Position numbers and translations under genes: made by a program. The notes under the pieces are model-generated. The model ran no database searches, had not been told where the DNA came from, and saw only the letters and a list, made by a program, of their open reading frames with translations. Source: Nostoc sp. TCL26-01 (GTDB lineage: Bacteria; Cyanobacteriota; Cyanobacteriia; Cyanobacteriales; Nostocaceae). From it: 32,000 bases of DNA. This document shows positions 8,188 to 18,502 of this stretch, one piece after another. Within the stretch, counting starts at the first letter, position 1. Each line of letters opens with the position of its first letter. The stretch covers positions 1,348,804-1,380,803 of the forward strand of contig NZ_CP040297.1 of the NCBI RefSeq assembly GCF_013393945.1, in the 5' to 3' direction.

Positions 8188-8394
8188 CGTGAGTTCGACG
8201 ACTGGAAAAACCCCTCTCCAAACCTCTCACGCCAGTTTGCTCAAGTCGGGAAACCCGCCCACGCAACTGGCTCCCCTGCAAGGAGAGAGGCTTTAAAAGC
8301 TTAATTTTTCGTTGATACGTGATGCTCTTTGCTCCCCTCTCCGCGTCGGAGAGGGGCTGGGGGTGAGGTCAAAATCTTGTGCATCGAACTCACG
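8188..8394. mobile_element. 207-bp MITE with perfect 11-bp TIRs and 9-bp target-site duplication
   Basis: CGTGAGTTCGA (8188-8198) and TCGAACTCACG (8384-8394) are perfect inverted repeats. TTAATTACA flanks both ends (8179-8187 and 8395-8403). The interior has GC-rich hairpins (CCCCTCTCCG-CGT-CGGAGAGGGG). Confidence 0.85.
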
Positions 8395-8414
8395 TTAATT
8401 ACACAGATTCTCTA

Positions 8415-8449
8415 CCTATTGCCTATTGCCTATTGCCTATTGCCTGTTC
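8415..8449. repeat. STRR heptamer array (CCTATTG)x4 plus a degenerate unit
   Basis: Direct tandem heptamers read in the sequence, located in the purB 5' leader. Confidence 0.9.
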
Positions 8450-8501
8450 CCTTGACAGACAAAGCAAGGTAAAATATGACAGTTGTATTCTGCCGCGAAC
8501 G

Positions 8502-9797
8502 TTGATTGAGCGTTATACTTTGCCCGAAATGGGCAACCTGTGGACTGAGGCTTATAAGTTCAAAACCTGGCTCCAGGTAGAAATTGCAGTTTGTGAAGCC
8601 CAAGCGGAACTGGGTTATATTCCCTCTGATGCTGTTGAGGAAATTAAAGCTAAAGCAGATTTTGATCCGCAGCGAGTCTTAGAGATAGAAGCGGAAGTCC
8701 GCCACGATGTCATTGCCTTTTTGACCAATGTCAATGAGTATGTAGGTGATGCTGGACGTTATATTCACCTGGGCTTGACTAGTTCGGATGTCCTTGATAC
8801 AGCGTTGGCACTACAATTAGTTGCTAGTTTGGATGTCTTGGCGCAACGCCTGGAAGATTTGATTCAGGTAATTCGCCAGAAGGCACGAGAACACCGTTAT
8901 ACAGTAATGATTGGGCGATCGCACGGTATTCACGCCGAACCAATCACTTTTGGCTTTAAACTGGCTGGTTGGTTGGCAGAAGTACTAAGACACCAACAAC
9001 GGCTGCAAATTCTCCGGGAAACTATTGCTGTCGGCAAGATTTCTGGGGCTGTGGGAACCTATGCTAATATTGAACCCCGCGTTGAAGCGATCGCTTGTGC
9101 AAAACTCGGACTTAAACCCGATACAGCTTCTACACAAGTGATTTCCCGCGATATCCATGCTGATTTTGTCCAACAATTAGCCCTCATCGCCGCTTCTATT
9201 GAACGCTTTGCTGTGGAAATTCGCAATCTCCAAAAAACAGACGTTCTGGAAGTTGAGGAATTTTTCTCTAAGGGGCAAAAAGGCTCTAGTGCCATGCCTC
9301 ACAAGCGTAACCCCATCCGTTCCGAACGGCTGACAGGTATGGCGCGACTAATTAGAAGTCACGCTGGTGCGGCCTTAGAAGATGTGGCTTTGTGGCATGA
9401 ACGAGATATTTCTCACAGTTCTGTGGAACGGGTGGTTTTACCAGATGCTTGTATTTTGACGCATTTTATGCTAAAGGAAGTCACGGATTTGGTGAAAAAC
9501 CTGTTAGTCTATCCCGAAAATATGGCGCGAAACCTCAACTGTTATGGTGGGGTTGTGTTTAGTCAGAAAGTGCTACTAGCCTTGATAGACAAAGGATTGA
9601 ACCGCGAAGAAGCTTATGCGATCGTTCAACAAAATGCCCATGCGGCGTGGAACAAACCAGAAGGTAACTTCCATGACTTGATTAGTCAAGATGCCCGTGT
9701 GACTCAAAAGCTATCACCAGCAGAACTTGCCGTGTGTTTTGACCCTCAACAGCATCTCAAACATTTAGAGCAAATTTATCACCGTTTAGACATTTAA
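8502..9797 (+). CDS. purB: adenylosuccinate lyase
   Basis: Fumarate-lyase signature GSSAMPHKRNP, with PurB-typical N-terminus (L/M)IERYTLPEMGNLW. I place the start at TTG 8502. The ORF-track GTG at 8379 lies inside the MITE/STRR and adds 41 non-homologous residues. Confidence 0.9.
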   Translation: MIERYTLPEMGNLWTEAYKFKTWLQVEIAVCEAQAELGYIPSDAVEEIKAKADFDPQRVLEIEAEVRHDVIAFLTNVNEYVGDAGRYIHLGLTSSDVLDTALALQLVASLDVLAQRLEDLIQVIRQKAREHRYTVMIGRSHGIHAEPITFGFKLAGWLAEVLRHQQRLQILRETIAVGKISGAVGTYANIEPRVEAIACAKLGLKPDTASTQVISRDIHADFVQQLALIAASIERFAVEIRNLQKTDVLEVEEFFSKGQKGSSAMPHKRNPIRSERLTGMARLIRSHAGAALEDVALWHERDISHSSVERVVLPDACILTHFMLKEVTDLVKNLLVYPENMARNLNCYGGVVFSQKVLLALIDKGLNREEAYAIVQQNAHAAWNKPEGNFHDLISQDARVTQKLSPAELAVCFDPQQHLKHLEQIYHRLDI

Positions 9798-9814
9798 TCT
9801 TTGTGTCAATTCCT

Positions 9815-9843
9815 GTAGAGACGTTGCATTGCAACGTCTCTAC
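9815..9843. repeat. 29-nt palindromic hairpin repeat (GTAGAGACGTTGCA-T-TGCAACGTCTCTAC)
   Basis: Perfect 14-bp arms, 18 nt after the purB stop. One of seven family members in the window. Confidence 0.9.
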
Positions 9844-9981
9844 ACAATCATTTCCTCATTACGCTGCTTTTTGCCAAGATAATATGCCAACTGTCCTTCA
9901 ATTAGATACGATTGATGCTAGATAATGGGAAAGCTTTGACATTCACTAGCCAATCTAGCCCGGAAGAACAGATTAACAATT

Positions 9982-11772
9982 ATGCGAACTCACTATTGCG
10001 GCGAACTCCGAAAAGAGAATATTGGAGAAACTGTTACCTTATATGGATGGGTAGACCGTCGCCGCGATCATGGGGGCGTGATATTCTTAGATTTGCGCGA
10101 TCGCTCTGGCACTGTCCAAATTGTCAGCGATCCTCAACGCACCCCAAATTCTTACGAGCAAGCTAATGCTCTGCGTAATGAATACGTCGTCGAAATTACT
10201 GGTAGGGTAACACAACGTCCAGAAGAATCTCTGAATACGCGCATCCCCACAGGCGAGATAGAAATCTATGCCGATAAAATTGCTTTGCTGAACGGTGTCC
10301 GCAAACAGTTACCGTTCCAAGTGTCCAGTGCCGATACGGAGTCAGTGCGGGAAGACTTGCGGCTAAAATATCGTTACCTGGACTTGCGACGCGATCGCAT
10401 GGCGCGTAATATGCAGCTACGTCATCAAGTCGTCAAATCAATGCGGCGCTACTTGGAGGATGTAGAAGGTTTTATGGAAATTGAAACCCCCATCCTGACT
10501 CGTTCTACCCCAGAAGGCGCACGGGACTATGTTTTACCCAGTCGCGTCAACCCTGGTGAGTGGTTTGCCTTACCCCAATCTCCCCAGTTATTTAAACAGA
10601 TACTCATGGTATCGGGGATGGATAGATACTACCAAATTGCTCGCTGCTTTCGTGACGAAGATTTACGCGCTGACAGACAACCAGAATTTACGCAGTTGGA
10701 CATGGAAATGAGTTTCATGTCTCAAGAAGAAATTATCGAACTGAACGAAAAGTTAGTTTGTCATATCTTCAAAACTGTGAAGGGAATTGAGTTACATCGT
10801 CCATTCCCCCGTCTTACCTATGCCGAAGGGATGGAACGGTATGGTAGCGATAAACCAGATACTCGTTATGGGTTGGAATTGGTTAACGTTTCCGACGTGA
10901 TGAAAGACTCTGGTTTTAAAGTCTTTCGGGAGGCTGTAGCTAATGGGGGGATTGTGAAAATTCTGCCCATTCCCAACGGTAATGAACAAATTTCTAATGT
11001 TCGCATCAAGCCAGGTGGTGATTTATTTAAAGAAGCTAGCGAAGCTGGTGCGAAAGGTTTAGCTTTCATCCGGGTGCGAGAGGATGGAGAAATTGACACC
11101 ATCGGAGCGATTAAAGATAACTTGACAGATGCCCAAAAGCAAGAAATCTTGCAGCGCACAGATGCCAAACCAGGACATTTGTTATTGTTTGGGGCTGGTG
11201 ATGCGGTGACTGTGAATAAAACTTTAGATAGATTACGACAGGCGATCGCTAAAGAGTTTGGTTTAATTGATCCAGATAAAATTAACTTACTCTGGATTGT
11301 GGATTTCCCCATGTTTGAGTGGAATGCTGACGAAAAGCGGCTAGAAGCACTCCACCATCCCTTCACCGCACCACACCCAGATGATTTGCATGACTTAAAA
11401 ACTGCCCGCGCCCAAGCCTACGACTTAGTATTCAACGGCTTTGAAGTTGGTGGTGGTAGTCTGCGGATTTATCAACGGGACATTCAAGAACAGGTGTTTG
11501 AAAACATCGGTTTATCTCCGGAAGAAGCACAAAATAAATTTGGCTTTTTACTAGAAGCGTTTGAATATGGTACACCGCCTCATGGTGGCATTGCCTACGG
11601 TGTAGATCGTTTGGTAATGTTACTAGCTGAGGAAGAATCTATTCGAGATGTCATCGCTTTTCCGAAGACACAACAAGCACGTTGTCTATTAACAGATGCA
11701 CCTTCTAGTGTAGATGTCAAGCAGTTGAAAGAATTACAGGTGACTTCGACTTACAAACCCAAGCCATCTTAA
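9982..11772 (+). CDS. aspS: aspartate--tRNA ligase
   Basis: Class II aaRS motifs are present: [36 protein letters not shown]. There is an N-terminal OB-fold anticodon-binding region. The product is 596 aa. Confidence 0.95.
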   Translation: MRTHYCGELRKENIGETVTLYGWVDRRRDHGGVIFLDLRDRSGTVQIVSDPQRTPNSYEQANALRNEYVVEITGRVTQRPEESLNTRIPTGEIEIYADKIALLNGVRKQLPFQVSSADTESVREDLRLKYRYLDLRRDRMARNMQLRHQVVKSMRRYLEDVEGFMEIETPILTRSTPEGARDYVLPSRVNPGEWFALPQSPQLFKQILMVSGMDRYYQIARCFRDEDLRADRQPEFTQLDMEMSFMSQEEIIELNEKLVCHIFKTVKGIELHRPFPRLTYAEGMERYGSDKPDTRYGLELVNVSDVMKDSGFKVFREAVANGGIVKILPIPNGNEQISNVRIKPGGDLFKEASEAGAKGLAFIRVREDGEIDTIGAIKDNLTDAQKQEILQRTDAKPGHLLLFGAGDAVTVNKTLDRLRQAIAKEFGLIDPDKINLLWIVDFPMFEWNADEKRLEALHHPFTAPHPDDLHDLKTARAQAYDLVFNGFEVGGGSLRIYQRDIQEQVFENIGLSPEEAQNKFGFLLEAFEYGTPPHGGIAYGVDRLVMLLAEEESIRDVIAFPKTQQARCLLTDAPSSVDVKQLKELQVTSTYKPKPS

Positions 11773-11936
11773 CAAAGTCGCAATGGACTAACGTCCTGCT
11801 ACGCTGTTTTCATGCCCAAAGGGCTATACGCCAATGAGGGTGTTGTCACGGGAATCTTACCCTGCCACAACACTCATCACTTTTAGGTGAAAATCCCACC
11901 CCTTATGGGCGGCTTGGTTCTTTCTGTTCCCCATTT

Positions 11937-11964
11937 CCTGTAACCTGTAACCTGTAACCTATTC
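11937..11964. repeat. STRR heptamer array (CCTGTAA)x3 plus a degenerate unit
   Basis: Tandem heptamers ending 8 nt before the 11973 start codon. Confidence 0.85.
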
Positions 11965-11972
11965 CCTAGATT

Positions 11973-12869
11973 ATGGAAGCAAGCTTTTTGAGTGCGGTTG
12001 TTTTACCTATAGCCTTGGCTATCATTATGCTAGGAATGGGTTTATCTCTTGTACCAGAAGATTTCCAACGTGTCAAAAAGTATCCCAAAGCTGTCTCAAT
12101 TGGCTTGATCAGTCAGTTAGTTTTTTTACCTATGATTGGTTTTGTCATTGCTAAAGTTGTACCTATGCAACCTGCGATCGCTATGGGGTTAATGATCGTC
12201 GCACTGTGTCCAGGTGGGGTATCTTCAAATATAATTACATTCCTTGCTAAAGGTGATGTTGCACTCTCAGTCACGCTAACAGCTTTTAGCAGTGTGATTA
12301 CAGTATTTACTATTCCGGTGTTGGGAAACCTAGCATACCAGCACTTCATTGGACAAACTGCGGCGATCGCTCTACCCATTGGTGCTACAATAGTGCAAAT
12401 TTTTCTGATGACGCTTCTGCCTATAGGGTTAGGAATGGGGGTGCGGCAGATATTTCCAGAAATGGCCCGTCGTCTGGAAAAAGTGACTAGCAGCCTAGCA
12501 GTTGCTTTACTAGCAGCAATTATTCTCGTGCTGATTATTCGTGAGTGGAACCGTATCCCTGGCTTTATTCTCCAAGTTGGAGTTGGCGTGGTGCTGTTGA
12601 ATACTATCTCAATGTTGGTGGGGTTTTATGTGAGCAAGTTATTTAACCTCAATTCTCCCCAGCAAATCTGCATTGCGATTGAGGTGGGGATTCAAAATGG
12701 CACACTAGCGATCGCAATTACCGCCGGATTACTCAACAATCCTGAGATGGCAATACCAGCCGCAATTTACAGTTTATTTATGAATGTGACAGGATTGATT
12801 GCTATTAGCTACGGGAGAAAGTTGGCTGCTACCAAATCGCTTCAGCAACCTTTAGAGAGTAAGGTTTAG
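11973..12869 (+). CDS. bile acid:sodium symporter (BASS) family transporter
   Basis: 298-aa polytopic membrane protein with BASS-like N-terminus (..IMLGMGLSLVPEDF) and overall pattern. Assignment is by eye. Confidence 0.8.
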   Translation: MEASFLSAVVLPIALAIIMLGMGLSLVPEDFQRVKKYPKAVSIGLISQLVFLPMIGFVIAKVVPMQPAIAMGLMIVALCPGGVSSNIITFLAKGDVALSVTLTAFSSVITVFTIPVLGNLAYQHFIGQTAAIALPIGATIVQIFLMTLLPIGLGMGVRQIFPEMARRLEKVTSSLAVALLAAIILVLIIREWNRIPGFILQVGVGVVLLNTISMLVGFYVSKLFNLNSPQQICIAIEVGIQNGTLAIAITAGLLNNPEMAIPAAIYSLFMNVTGLIAISYGRKLAATKSLQQPLESKV

Positions 12870-12910
12870 CATGAGGAGAAAGCTTATTCAGAGGACTTTT
12901 GCCATCAATT

Positions 12911-13077
12911 TCTTAGAGGACGTTGGAAAAGTCTGTTTCTTTGTCATGTTGAATGCAGCGTAGCGGAATGAAACATCTCGGTATGTGCCACAAAACCTAG
13001 ATTCTTCCTTGCGCTCCGCTCCAGTCAGAATGACATTTTTATACCTACTGAAACTTTTCCAACACCCTCTTAGAGGA
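12911..13077. mobile_element. MITE-like repeat with CGTTGGAAAAGT / ACTTTTCCAACA inverted ends
   Basis: Inverted ends at 12921-12932 and 13053-13064 match 11/12. TCTTAGAGGA is present on both sides (12911-12920, 13068-13077). The core carries the common cyanobacterial GTCATTCTGA..GCGGAGCG type motif. Boundaries are uncertain. Confidence 0.5.
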
Positions 13078-13114
13078 TCATAGGACTTATACCAATTTCC
13101 TTTAAATGTGAATG

Positions 13115-13143
13115 GTAGAGACGTTGCAATGCAACGTCTCTAC
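13115..13143. repeat. 29-nt palindromic hairpin repeat (GTAGAGACGTTGCA-A-TGCAACGTCTCTAC)
   Basis: Perfect 14-bp arms. Lies between the convergent BASS and TauD-family genes. Confidence 0.9.
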
Positions 13144-13180
13144 ATAATTTATGCGATTGACTTGAATAGCACTCCCTAGC

Positions 13181-14149
13181 TCAATTTAGTGCTGGTTCTG
13201 CTAACACCTTCTCAGTTTTCTGCTTGAGGACAGTTGGTAATTCACTGGTTAACGGCTCACCTTCAACTATTTGCGAACGGAAACCATCAGGCCCAACTGG
13301 AACATCGCCAGTGATGGTGGTGCGATAGAGTACGCGCTCAACTTCTATATGATCTAAATCCTGGGGAGCTAAATGTGAGGTGGCGCGGTTATCCCAGAAT
13401 GCGATATCACCATTGTGCCAACGGAAACGGGTAGTATAGGCTGGCTTAGTGATTTGGTTGAAGAACAACTCTAGCAGCAGCTCGCTTTCTTGTGGTGACA
13501 CATCCAGAATGTGAGATGTGAAACCAGGATTGACAAACAATGCACGTTCACCTGTTTCTGGATGAACCCGCACGACTGGGTGAATTGACACCAGTGGGTT
13601 AGCAGCAATTCGTTGAGCGAGTTTGCTATTACTGGGAATTCGTAAACGAGCATTGAACCGATGTTCTGCTTTTAATTCATCTGCTAGTTTCCGTAGAGGT
13701 TCTGATAGACCCTCATAGGCTGCAACTAGATTAGTCCACTGTGTATCACCACCAATGCTGGGGACATTCACCGCCCGCAAAATAGACCCCGCCGGTGGGT
13801 TAACAACTGCTGTCACATCAGTATGCCAACGGCTTTCGTAGCTGGAACGGCGCAAACCATTACGGCGTTCGTAGCGACTGCGGTCAATTGGTAGTATTTG
13901 TGCAAAGCCTTCGATTGGCTCATCTTCGTGGGGATGTGCATAGGTTACTTCACCAAAACGAGATGTGAACGCAATCTGGGCAGCATGGTCAATATTCTGA
14001 CCACGAAAGAAAATGACTTTCCACTTTAACCATGCTTGACGAATTTCCGCAACTGCTTCATCGTGCAGAGGACGTGACAAGTCTATGCCACTGATCTCTG
14101 CACCGATGAAACCAGCTACGGGTTTGACTTCAATATGCTTGTTGCTCAT
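13181..14149 (-). CDS. TauD/TfdA-family Fe(II)/2-oxoglutarate dioxygenase
   Basis: Shows WHTDVT (the HxD of the facial triad) and the distal His in WDNRATSH. The ATG at 14149 (MSNKHIEVKP..) is preferred over the upstream start at 14191. Confidence 0.85.
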   Translation of the reverse strand: MSNKHIEVKPVAGFIGAEISGIDLSRPLHDEAVAEIRQAWLKWKVIFFRGQNIDHAAQIAFTSRFGEVTYAHPHEDEPIEGFAQILPIDRSRYERRNGLRRSSYESRWHTDVTAVVNPPAGSILRAVNVPSIGGDTQWTNLVAAYEGLSEPLRKLADELKAEHRFNARLRIPSNSKLAQRIAANPLVSIHPVVRVHPETGERALFVNPGFTSHILDVSPQESELLLELFFNQITKPAYTTRFRWHNGDIAFWDNRATSHLAPQDLDHIEVERVLYRTTITGDVPVGPDGFRSQIVEGEPLTSELPTVLKQKTEKVLAEPALN

Positions 14150-14262
14150 ATAAATCTCCAGGATTTTACTCCATATATGCTGTGTTGGCACTCGTTCACT
14201 TCCTGGGTGTGGCAGTTAAATACCAGCAATATCTCGGAGGAAGCGATCAAGCCATAAGTATT

Positions 14263-14290
14263 ATACGGTAAATTGATAGGATTACCGTAT
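14263..14290. promoter_or_regulatory. perfect 9-bp inverted repeat, candidate operator upstream of the TauD-family gene
   Basis: ATACGGTAA (14263-14271) and TTACCGTAT (14282-14290) are separated by 10 nt. Located ~115-140 nt upstream of the 14149 start. Confidence 0.3.
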
Positions 14291-14476
14291 TTTGTTTTGT
14301 AAATATCCCTAAATAAACCAAAAATAACCTCGATTTGTGCAAAAAATCGAGGTTCGGAGGCTTTTAATATGGGCAAATTGCCTTTAAATTTAGTCAGGAA
14401 TTGGCTGTGAGGAAATTTAGGGGTGTAAGGTGAGAAGGTATCATAAGTAATAGAGCATAATTGAGAGAGTGGGGCA

Positions 14477-15160
14477 ATGAAATCAGGATTTATTCAACCT
14501 CTAAGCTGTATAACACTGAGTATCATCACAACGATGAGTGTATTGCCTCCAGCCACAGCCCAGGAACAGTCGCCAGAAAAACTCGCCTGTCAGGAAACTT
14601 TAAGCAACACCGAAAAACAACCGCGACAAAAACAATTACAAAAACAGGCACAATTTGCAGATCCGCAACAAGAGCGATCGCAATTAATCCAACAAGCCAA
14701 TGAGCTATACTTTCAAGGTAACTTCCCCGGTGCAGAAGCTAGCCTGTGTAGATTCCTGAAAAAATTTCCTGAAGATGCCTTTGGTCATTTTCAATTAGGC
14801 AATGTATTTTTCCGCAATAAGAAAACAGCAGCAGCCATCAGCGCCTATCGAGAAGCCATCCGCTTTAAGTCACAGTATGCCCTAGCCTATAATGCGATCG
14901 GTATGGTATATGCTAGTCAAAGTAGCTGGGATAATGCCATTACAGAATATAGAAAAGCTCTAGAAATCAACCCCAATTACGCCGATGCACTCACAAATTT
15001 AGCACTAGCTTTATTGCAGACTAACAAAAAAGACGAAGCACTAGTTTCTTTGGAAAAAGCTTTAAATATATTTAAACAACAGAATAGAAATGAAAAAGCT
15101 AGCCAAGTAGAGCAAATGTTGCAAAGGATCAAAACTTCAGATAATCCTGCTGTTTCATGA
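14477..15160 (+). CDS. secreted TPR-repeat protein
   Basis: Signal-peptide-like N-terminus (LSCITLSIITTMSVLPPATAQE). At least three TPR units are present (e.g. AYNAIGMVYASQSSWDNAITEYRKALEINPNYADALTNLALALLQ). Confidence 0.75.
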   Translation: MKSGFIQPLSCITLSIITTMSVLPPATAQEQSPEKLACQETLSNTEKQPRQKQLQKQAQFADPQQERSQLIQQANELYFQGNFPGAEASLCRFLKKFPEDAFGHFQLGNVFFRNKKTAAAISAYREAIRFKSQYALAYNAIGMVYASQSSWDNAITEYRKALEINPNYADALTNLALALLQTNKKDEALVSLEKALNIFKQQNRNEKASQVEQMLQRIKTSDNPAVS

Positions 15161-15180
15161 CGAAGTTGCCCGAAATTTTT

Positions 15181-15209
15181 GTAGAGACGTTGCACTACAA
15201 CATCTCTAC
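15181..15209. repeat. degenerate member of the 29-nt hairpin family, with conserved tail
   Basis: GTAGAGACGTTGCACTACAACATCTCTAC has 2-3 arm mismatches. It is followed by the ..ACCAGATGTCT.. tail shared with the copies at 28770 and 30260. Confidence 0.75.
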
Positions 15210-15263
15210 AAAGATTTTTACCAGATGTCTATTTGTGATGAATTCTGATTGGAGAAAATCTCT

Positions 15264-15297
15264 GCAAAAATAAAGGACAAGAATAAATCTTGTCCTC
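15264..15297 (-). terminator. Rho-independent terminator on the minus strand, ~210 nt downstream of the protease gene
   Basis: Stem AGGACAAGA (15274-15282) / TCTTGTCCT (15288-15296) with loop ATAAA. On the minus strand it is followed by TTATTTTTGC. Confidence 0.5.
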
Positions 15298-15508
15298 AAT
15301 TATAAAAATAGCAAATGGTGTGCCAAATATGTCAGATGCGCCTGATGAGATAAAGTTTTCTGGTCGTATTTTTATAAAAATGTAAGCGACCAATGCCGAG
15401 AACTTGATTGATCGGCAGTTTGCTTTCCACAAAGAAAAGCTCTTACATCAAATAAATATACCTGATTAGCGAGGTGATTACGATCAGGCAGTAAAACAAT
15501 TGTGACAA

Positions 15509-16747
15509 CTATCCTTCCCTCTGCACTGGCAAAGGTGCTGGACTGACTGTTAATTGTTTAGTTTCCCCATTGCGTTCGATTTGGATTGGTAAAGGACTGC
15601 CAATCTTGCTGTTTTCCACAAGTCTTTGGACTTCTTCAACTTTTGTTACAGGTTGATTATTAATGCTTTGAATGACATCACCGGGTCTGAGTCCGGCTGT
15701 AGCAGCAGGGGAGTTAGGGATAATACTCACTAACAAAACACCCCTATCTGATTTTATATTGATGCGATCGCCAAATCTGTCCTGAATTCTTTCTTTAATT
15801 TCTGGGGTAAATGTCACCATCTGCACGCCCAAATAAGGATGGTCTACCCTACCAGTAGAGATTAATTCCTGGGCAATTTTCTGGACAGTATTTACAGGAA
15901 TAGCAAATCCCAAGCCTTGCGCGCCGCGAAGAATCGCTGTATTCATGCCAATAACTTGACCACGAGCATTTAACAAGGGGCCGCCAGAGTTACCGGGATT
16001 AATTGCCGCATCTGTTTGCAGATAGTCAACGCGCTTATCACTAGCACCTATATCACTGCTAGAACGACCTGTGGCGCTGATAATTCCCGAAGTGACTGTG
16101 TTATTTAACCCCAGGGGATTCCCAATGGCAATGACTGGTTCACCTGGTTGTAAGGACTCGGAGTTACCTAAAGATAGGGTAGGTAAGTTATTAGCATTAA
16201 TTTTAATTACAGCTACATCTGTAACTGGGTCTTCACCCAGGACTTTACCATCAAAACTTCTCCCATCTTTGAGCGTCACCGTCACCGTATCAGCACCGTC
16301 TACTACGTGAGCATTAGTCAAAATTTGCCCAGAAGCATTAATAATAAATCCTGAGCCACTACCCCGTTCTACGCGCTGTCTGGGTTGTAATGGTGTGCCA
16401 TCGCCAAAAAAGCGGCGGAAAAAGGGGTCATTAAATTCTTCTGGTACGCGCGCAGTTATGGTTCTCGCTGAGTCAATCCTGACTACTGCGCCCCCAGCAC
16501 TTTGTACCACTTTAACCACAAAGTTGGGATCGCCAGAGGAGGAAATAATCGCTGGTGGTGCGATCGCCGGCACGGTATCATTAGCTGTTTGAGGCTGGGT
16601 TTCATTTTGTGACTGTACAGTTCTGGCAGGTAGAAGAGAGCAACCGCCCACAGACACCACCGCTAAACCACTCAGTAACATCAAAATCACACTGTTGACT
16701 TCCTGCTTGCTATTTCTGTGTTGATTGTTATACTCTGTTGTCTTCAT
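15509..16747 (-). CDS. HtrA/DegP-family periplasmic serine protease with PDZ domain
   Basis: Catalytic motifs [14 protein letters not shown] and GNSGGPL. A C-terminal PDZ domain ([14 protein letters not shown]) and an N-terminal signal/anchor are present. Confidence 0.9.
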   Translation of the reverse strand: MKTTEYNNQHRNSKQEVNSVILMLLSGLAVVSVGGCSLLPARTVQSQNETQPQTANDTVPAIAPPAIISSSGDPNFVVKVVQSAGGAVVRIDSARTITARVPEEFNDPFFRRFFGDGTPLQPRQRVERGSGSGFIINASGQILTNAHVVDGADTVTVTLKDGRSFDGKVLGEDPVTDVAVIKINANNLPTLSLGNSESLQPGEPVIAIGNPLGLNNTVTSGIISATGRSSSDIGASDKRVDYLQTDAAINPGNSGGPLLNARGQVIGMNTAILRGAQGLGFAIPVNTVQKIAQELISTGRVDHPYLGVQMVTFTPEIKERIQDRFGDRINIKSDRGVLLVSIIPNSPAATAGLRPGDVIQSINNQPVTKVEEVQRLVENSKIGSPLPIQIERNGETKQLTVSPAPLPVQREG

Positions 16748-16916
16748 GTGTCTTTGCTTCTCCGTGTTGGTCTGTGAGTGCTAGGATATTGCCTACGGGT
16801 TTGTCCCAAAATGATTACAACTCAAAAACTAGTTATAGGTCTAGAGTTTGTGAATGCTAAATTAGTGCTTGCTCATATCTTCTATTGTGACGATTAGCAG
16901 CAAAGGTGGTAGGTAA

Positions 16917-18302
16917 ATGACGGAAATTTCTATTGACAGTTTATGGAGTCAAGTACTGGAACGTTTACAACTAGAACTGTCTCGTCCCACCTTTGAAACT
17001 TGGATTAAAACTGCTAGTGCGGAACGCTTAGAAAATAATTGTTTGGTCATAATTACGCCTAATCCCTTTGCCCGTAACTGGTTACAGAAGTACTACATCA
17101 ATACCATTGCCAATGTCGTACAAGATATTTTGGGATATCCGGTGGAAATTTACATCACTATCGCTAAAGATGAAGAATTAGGTGAAGTCAGCGATCGCTC
17201 AGTCTGGGAATCATCAACCCCAAATCATACCTCGGAAACTGTTAATCCTAAAAGACAAATCAATACAGAACTTAACTCGAAGTATGTATTTTCCCGGTTT
17301 GTGGTGGGAGCAAATAACCGCATGGCTCATGCAGCTTCTCTGGCTGTGGCTGAATCTCCTGGACGAGAGTTTAATCCGTTATTTTTATGTGGTGGTGTAG
17401 GTTTAGGCAAAACTCATCTCATGCAGGCAATTGGGCATTATCGTTGGGAAATTTGCCCAGATTCTAAGATATTTTACGTTTCTACCGAGCAGTTCACTAA
17501 CGATTTAATTACAGCTATTCGCAATGACAGTATGCAGAGTTTCCGAGAACATTATCGAGCTGCTGATGTGCTGTTGGTTGATGATATTCAGTTTATTGAA
17601 GGCAAAGAATATACTCAAGAAGAATTTTTTCATACTTTCAATACTTTACATGAAGCAGGTAAACAAGTCGTCATCGCTTCTGATCGTCCACCCAACCAAA
17701 TTCCTAGCCTACAAGAAAGGTTGTGTTCTCGGTTTTCTATGGGGTTGATTGCTGATATTCAAGCCCCAGATTTGGAAACAAGAATGGCCATTTTGCAAAA
17801 GAAATCTTTGTATGAAAATATACGCTTACCTCGTGATGTAATTGAGTATATTGCTTCTAACTATACTTCCAACATTCGAGAACTAGAGGGAGCTTTAACC
17901 AGAGCTTTGGCTTATATTTCCATCTGGGGTTTACAGATGACCGTAGCAAATATTGCCCCTGTTTTAGAGACACCAACGGAAAAAATTGCTGCGACACCAG
18001 AAGCAATTTTAACGGTGATTGCTGAGAATTTTGATATTTCCATTGAAGACCTAAAAAGTAATTCTCGACGGCGGGAAATTAGCTGGGCGCGGCAAATTGG
18101 GATGTATCTGATGCGGCAACATACTGATTTAAGTTTCCCCCGCATTGGTGAAGAGTTTGGTGGCAAAGACCACACCACAGTGTTATACAGTTGTGACAAG
18201 ATTGCTCAACTCCAAGAGAGCGATCGCCATCTATCAGAAACTCTACGTCAGCTTGGCGATCGGATCAAAATGACTAGCCGTTCTCAAAAATCATCTTCAT
18301 AA
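16917..18302 (+). CDS. dnaA: chromosomal replication initiator protein DnaA
   Basis: AAA+ Walker [11 protein letters not shown] and Walker [10 protein letters not shown]-terminal DNA-binding domain (..[15 protein letters not shown]). Confidence 0.95.
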   Translation: MTEISIDSLWSQVLERLQLELSRPTFETWIKTASAERLENNCLVIITPNPFARNWLQKYYINTIANVVQDILGYPVEIYITIAKDEELGEVSDRSVWESSTPNHTSETVNPKRQINTELNSKYVFSRFVVGANNRMAHAASLAVAESPGREFNPLFLCGGVGLGKTHLMQAIGHYRWEICPDSKIFYVSTEQFTNDLITAIRNDSMQSFREHYRAADVLLVDDIQFIEGKEYTQEEFFHTFNTLHEAGKQVVIASDRPPNQIPSLQERLCSRFSMGLIADIQAPDLETRMAILQKKSLYENIRLPRDVIEYIASNYTSNIRELEGALTRALAYISIWGLQMTVANIAPVLETPTEKIAATPEAILTVIAENFDISIEDLKSNSRRREISWARQIGMYLMRQHTDLSFPRIGEEFGGKDHTTVLYSCDKIAQLQESDRHLSETLRQLGDRIKMTSRSQKSSS

Positions 18303-18312
18303 CAAATAGTAG

Positions 18313-18502
18313 TTTTCCACAACTTGCTCTCACTGGGGCATTTGAGAGTATTAAGTAATGTATAAAAATAGATTAAATATCAATACTATCTGTGGAAAAG
18401 TCGTGATTAATTGTGGAAAACTTGATAATTATCGGGGAAAACTTAACCTAAGTATAATTACCCTGTGGAAAACTTCTCGACTTTTTCCACAAGTTTTCCA
18501 CA
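18313..18502. promoter_or_regulatory. candidate oriC: cluster of six perfect TTTTCCACA DnaA boxes with an adjacent AT-rich stretch
   Basis: TTTTCCACA occurs at 18313-18321, 18483-18491 and 18494-18502. The complement TGTGGAAAA occurs at 18391-18399, 18412-18420 and 18464-18472. An AT-rich segment lies at about 18351-18390. The cluster lies between dnaA and dnaN. Confidence 0.75.

Noticed and set aside
8379-8501. GTG-initiated 41-codon N-terminal extension of purB in the ORF track
   Set aside because: The extension starts inside the right TIR of the MITE and runs through the CCTATTG heptamer array. PurB homology begins at (L/M)IERYTLPEM, where a TTG (8502) is available.
9912-10166. 84-aa ORF overlapping the aspS start in another frame
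   Set aside because: aspS homology starts cleanly at 9982 ([10 protein letters not shown]). The overlapping frame has no support.
10866-11366. Long antisense ORFs inside aspS, the protease, dnaA, dnaN, purB, the kinase region and murG (e.g. 10866-11366, 16071-16592, 17912-18199, 18694-18936, 9059-9295, 26663-26908, 27150-27386)
   Set aside because: All lie opposite or out of frame within genes that have strong motif support. Their products are low-complexity, so they are shadow ORFs.
15229-15432. 67-aa minus-strand ORF downstream of the protease gene
   Set aside because: It has a non-ATG start and reads through a terminator stem-loop at 15264-15297. No family resemblance was seen.
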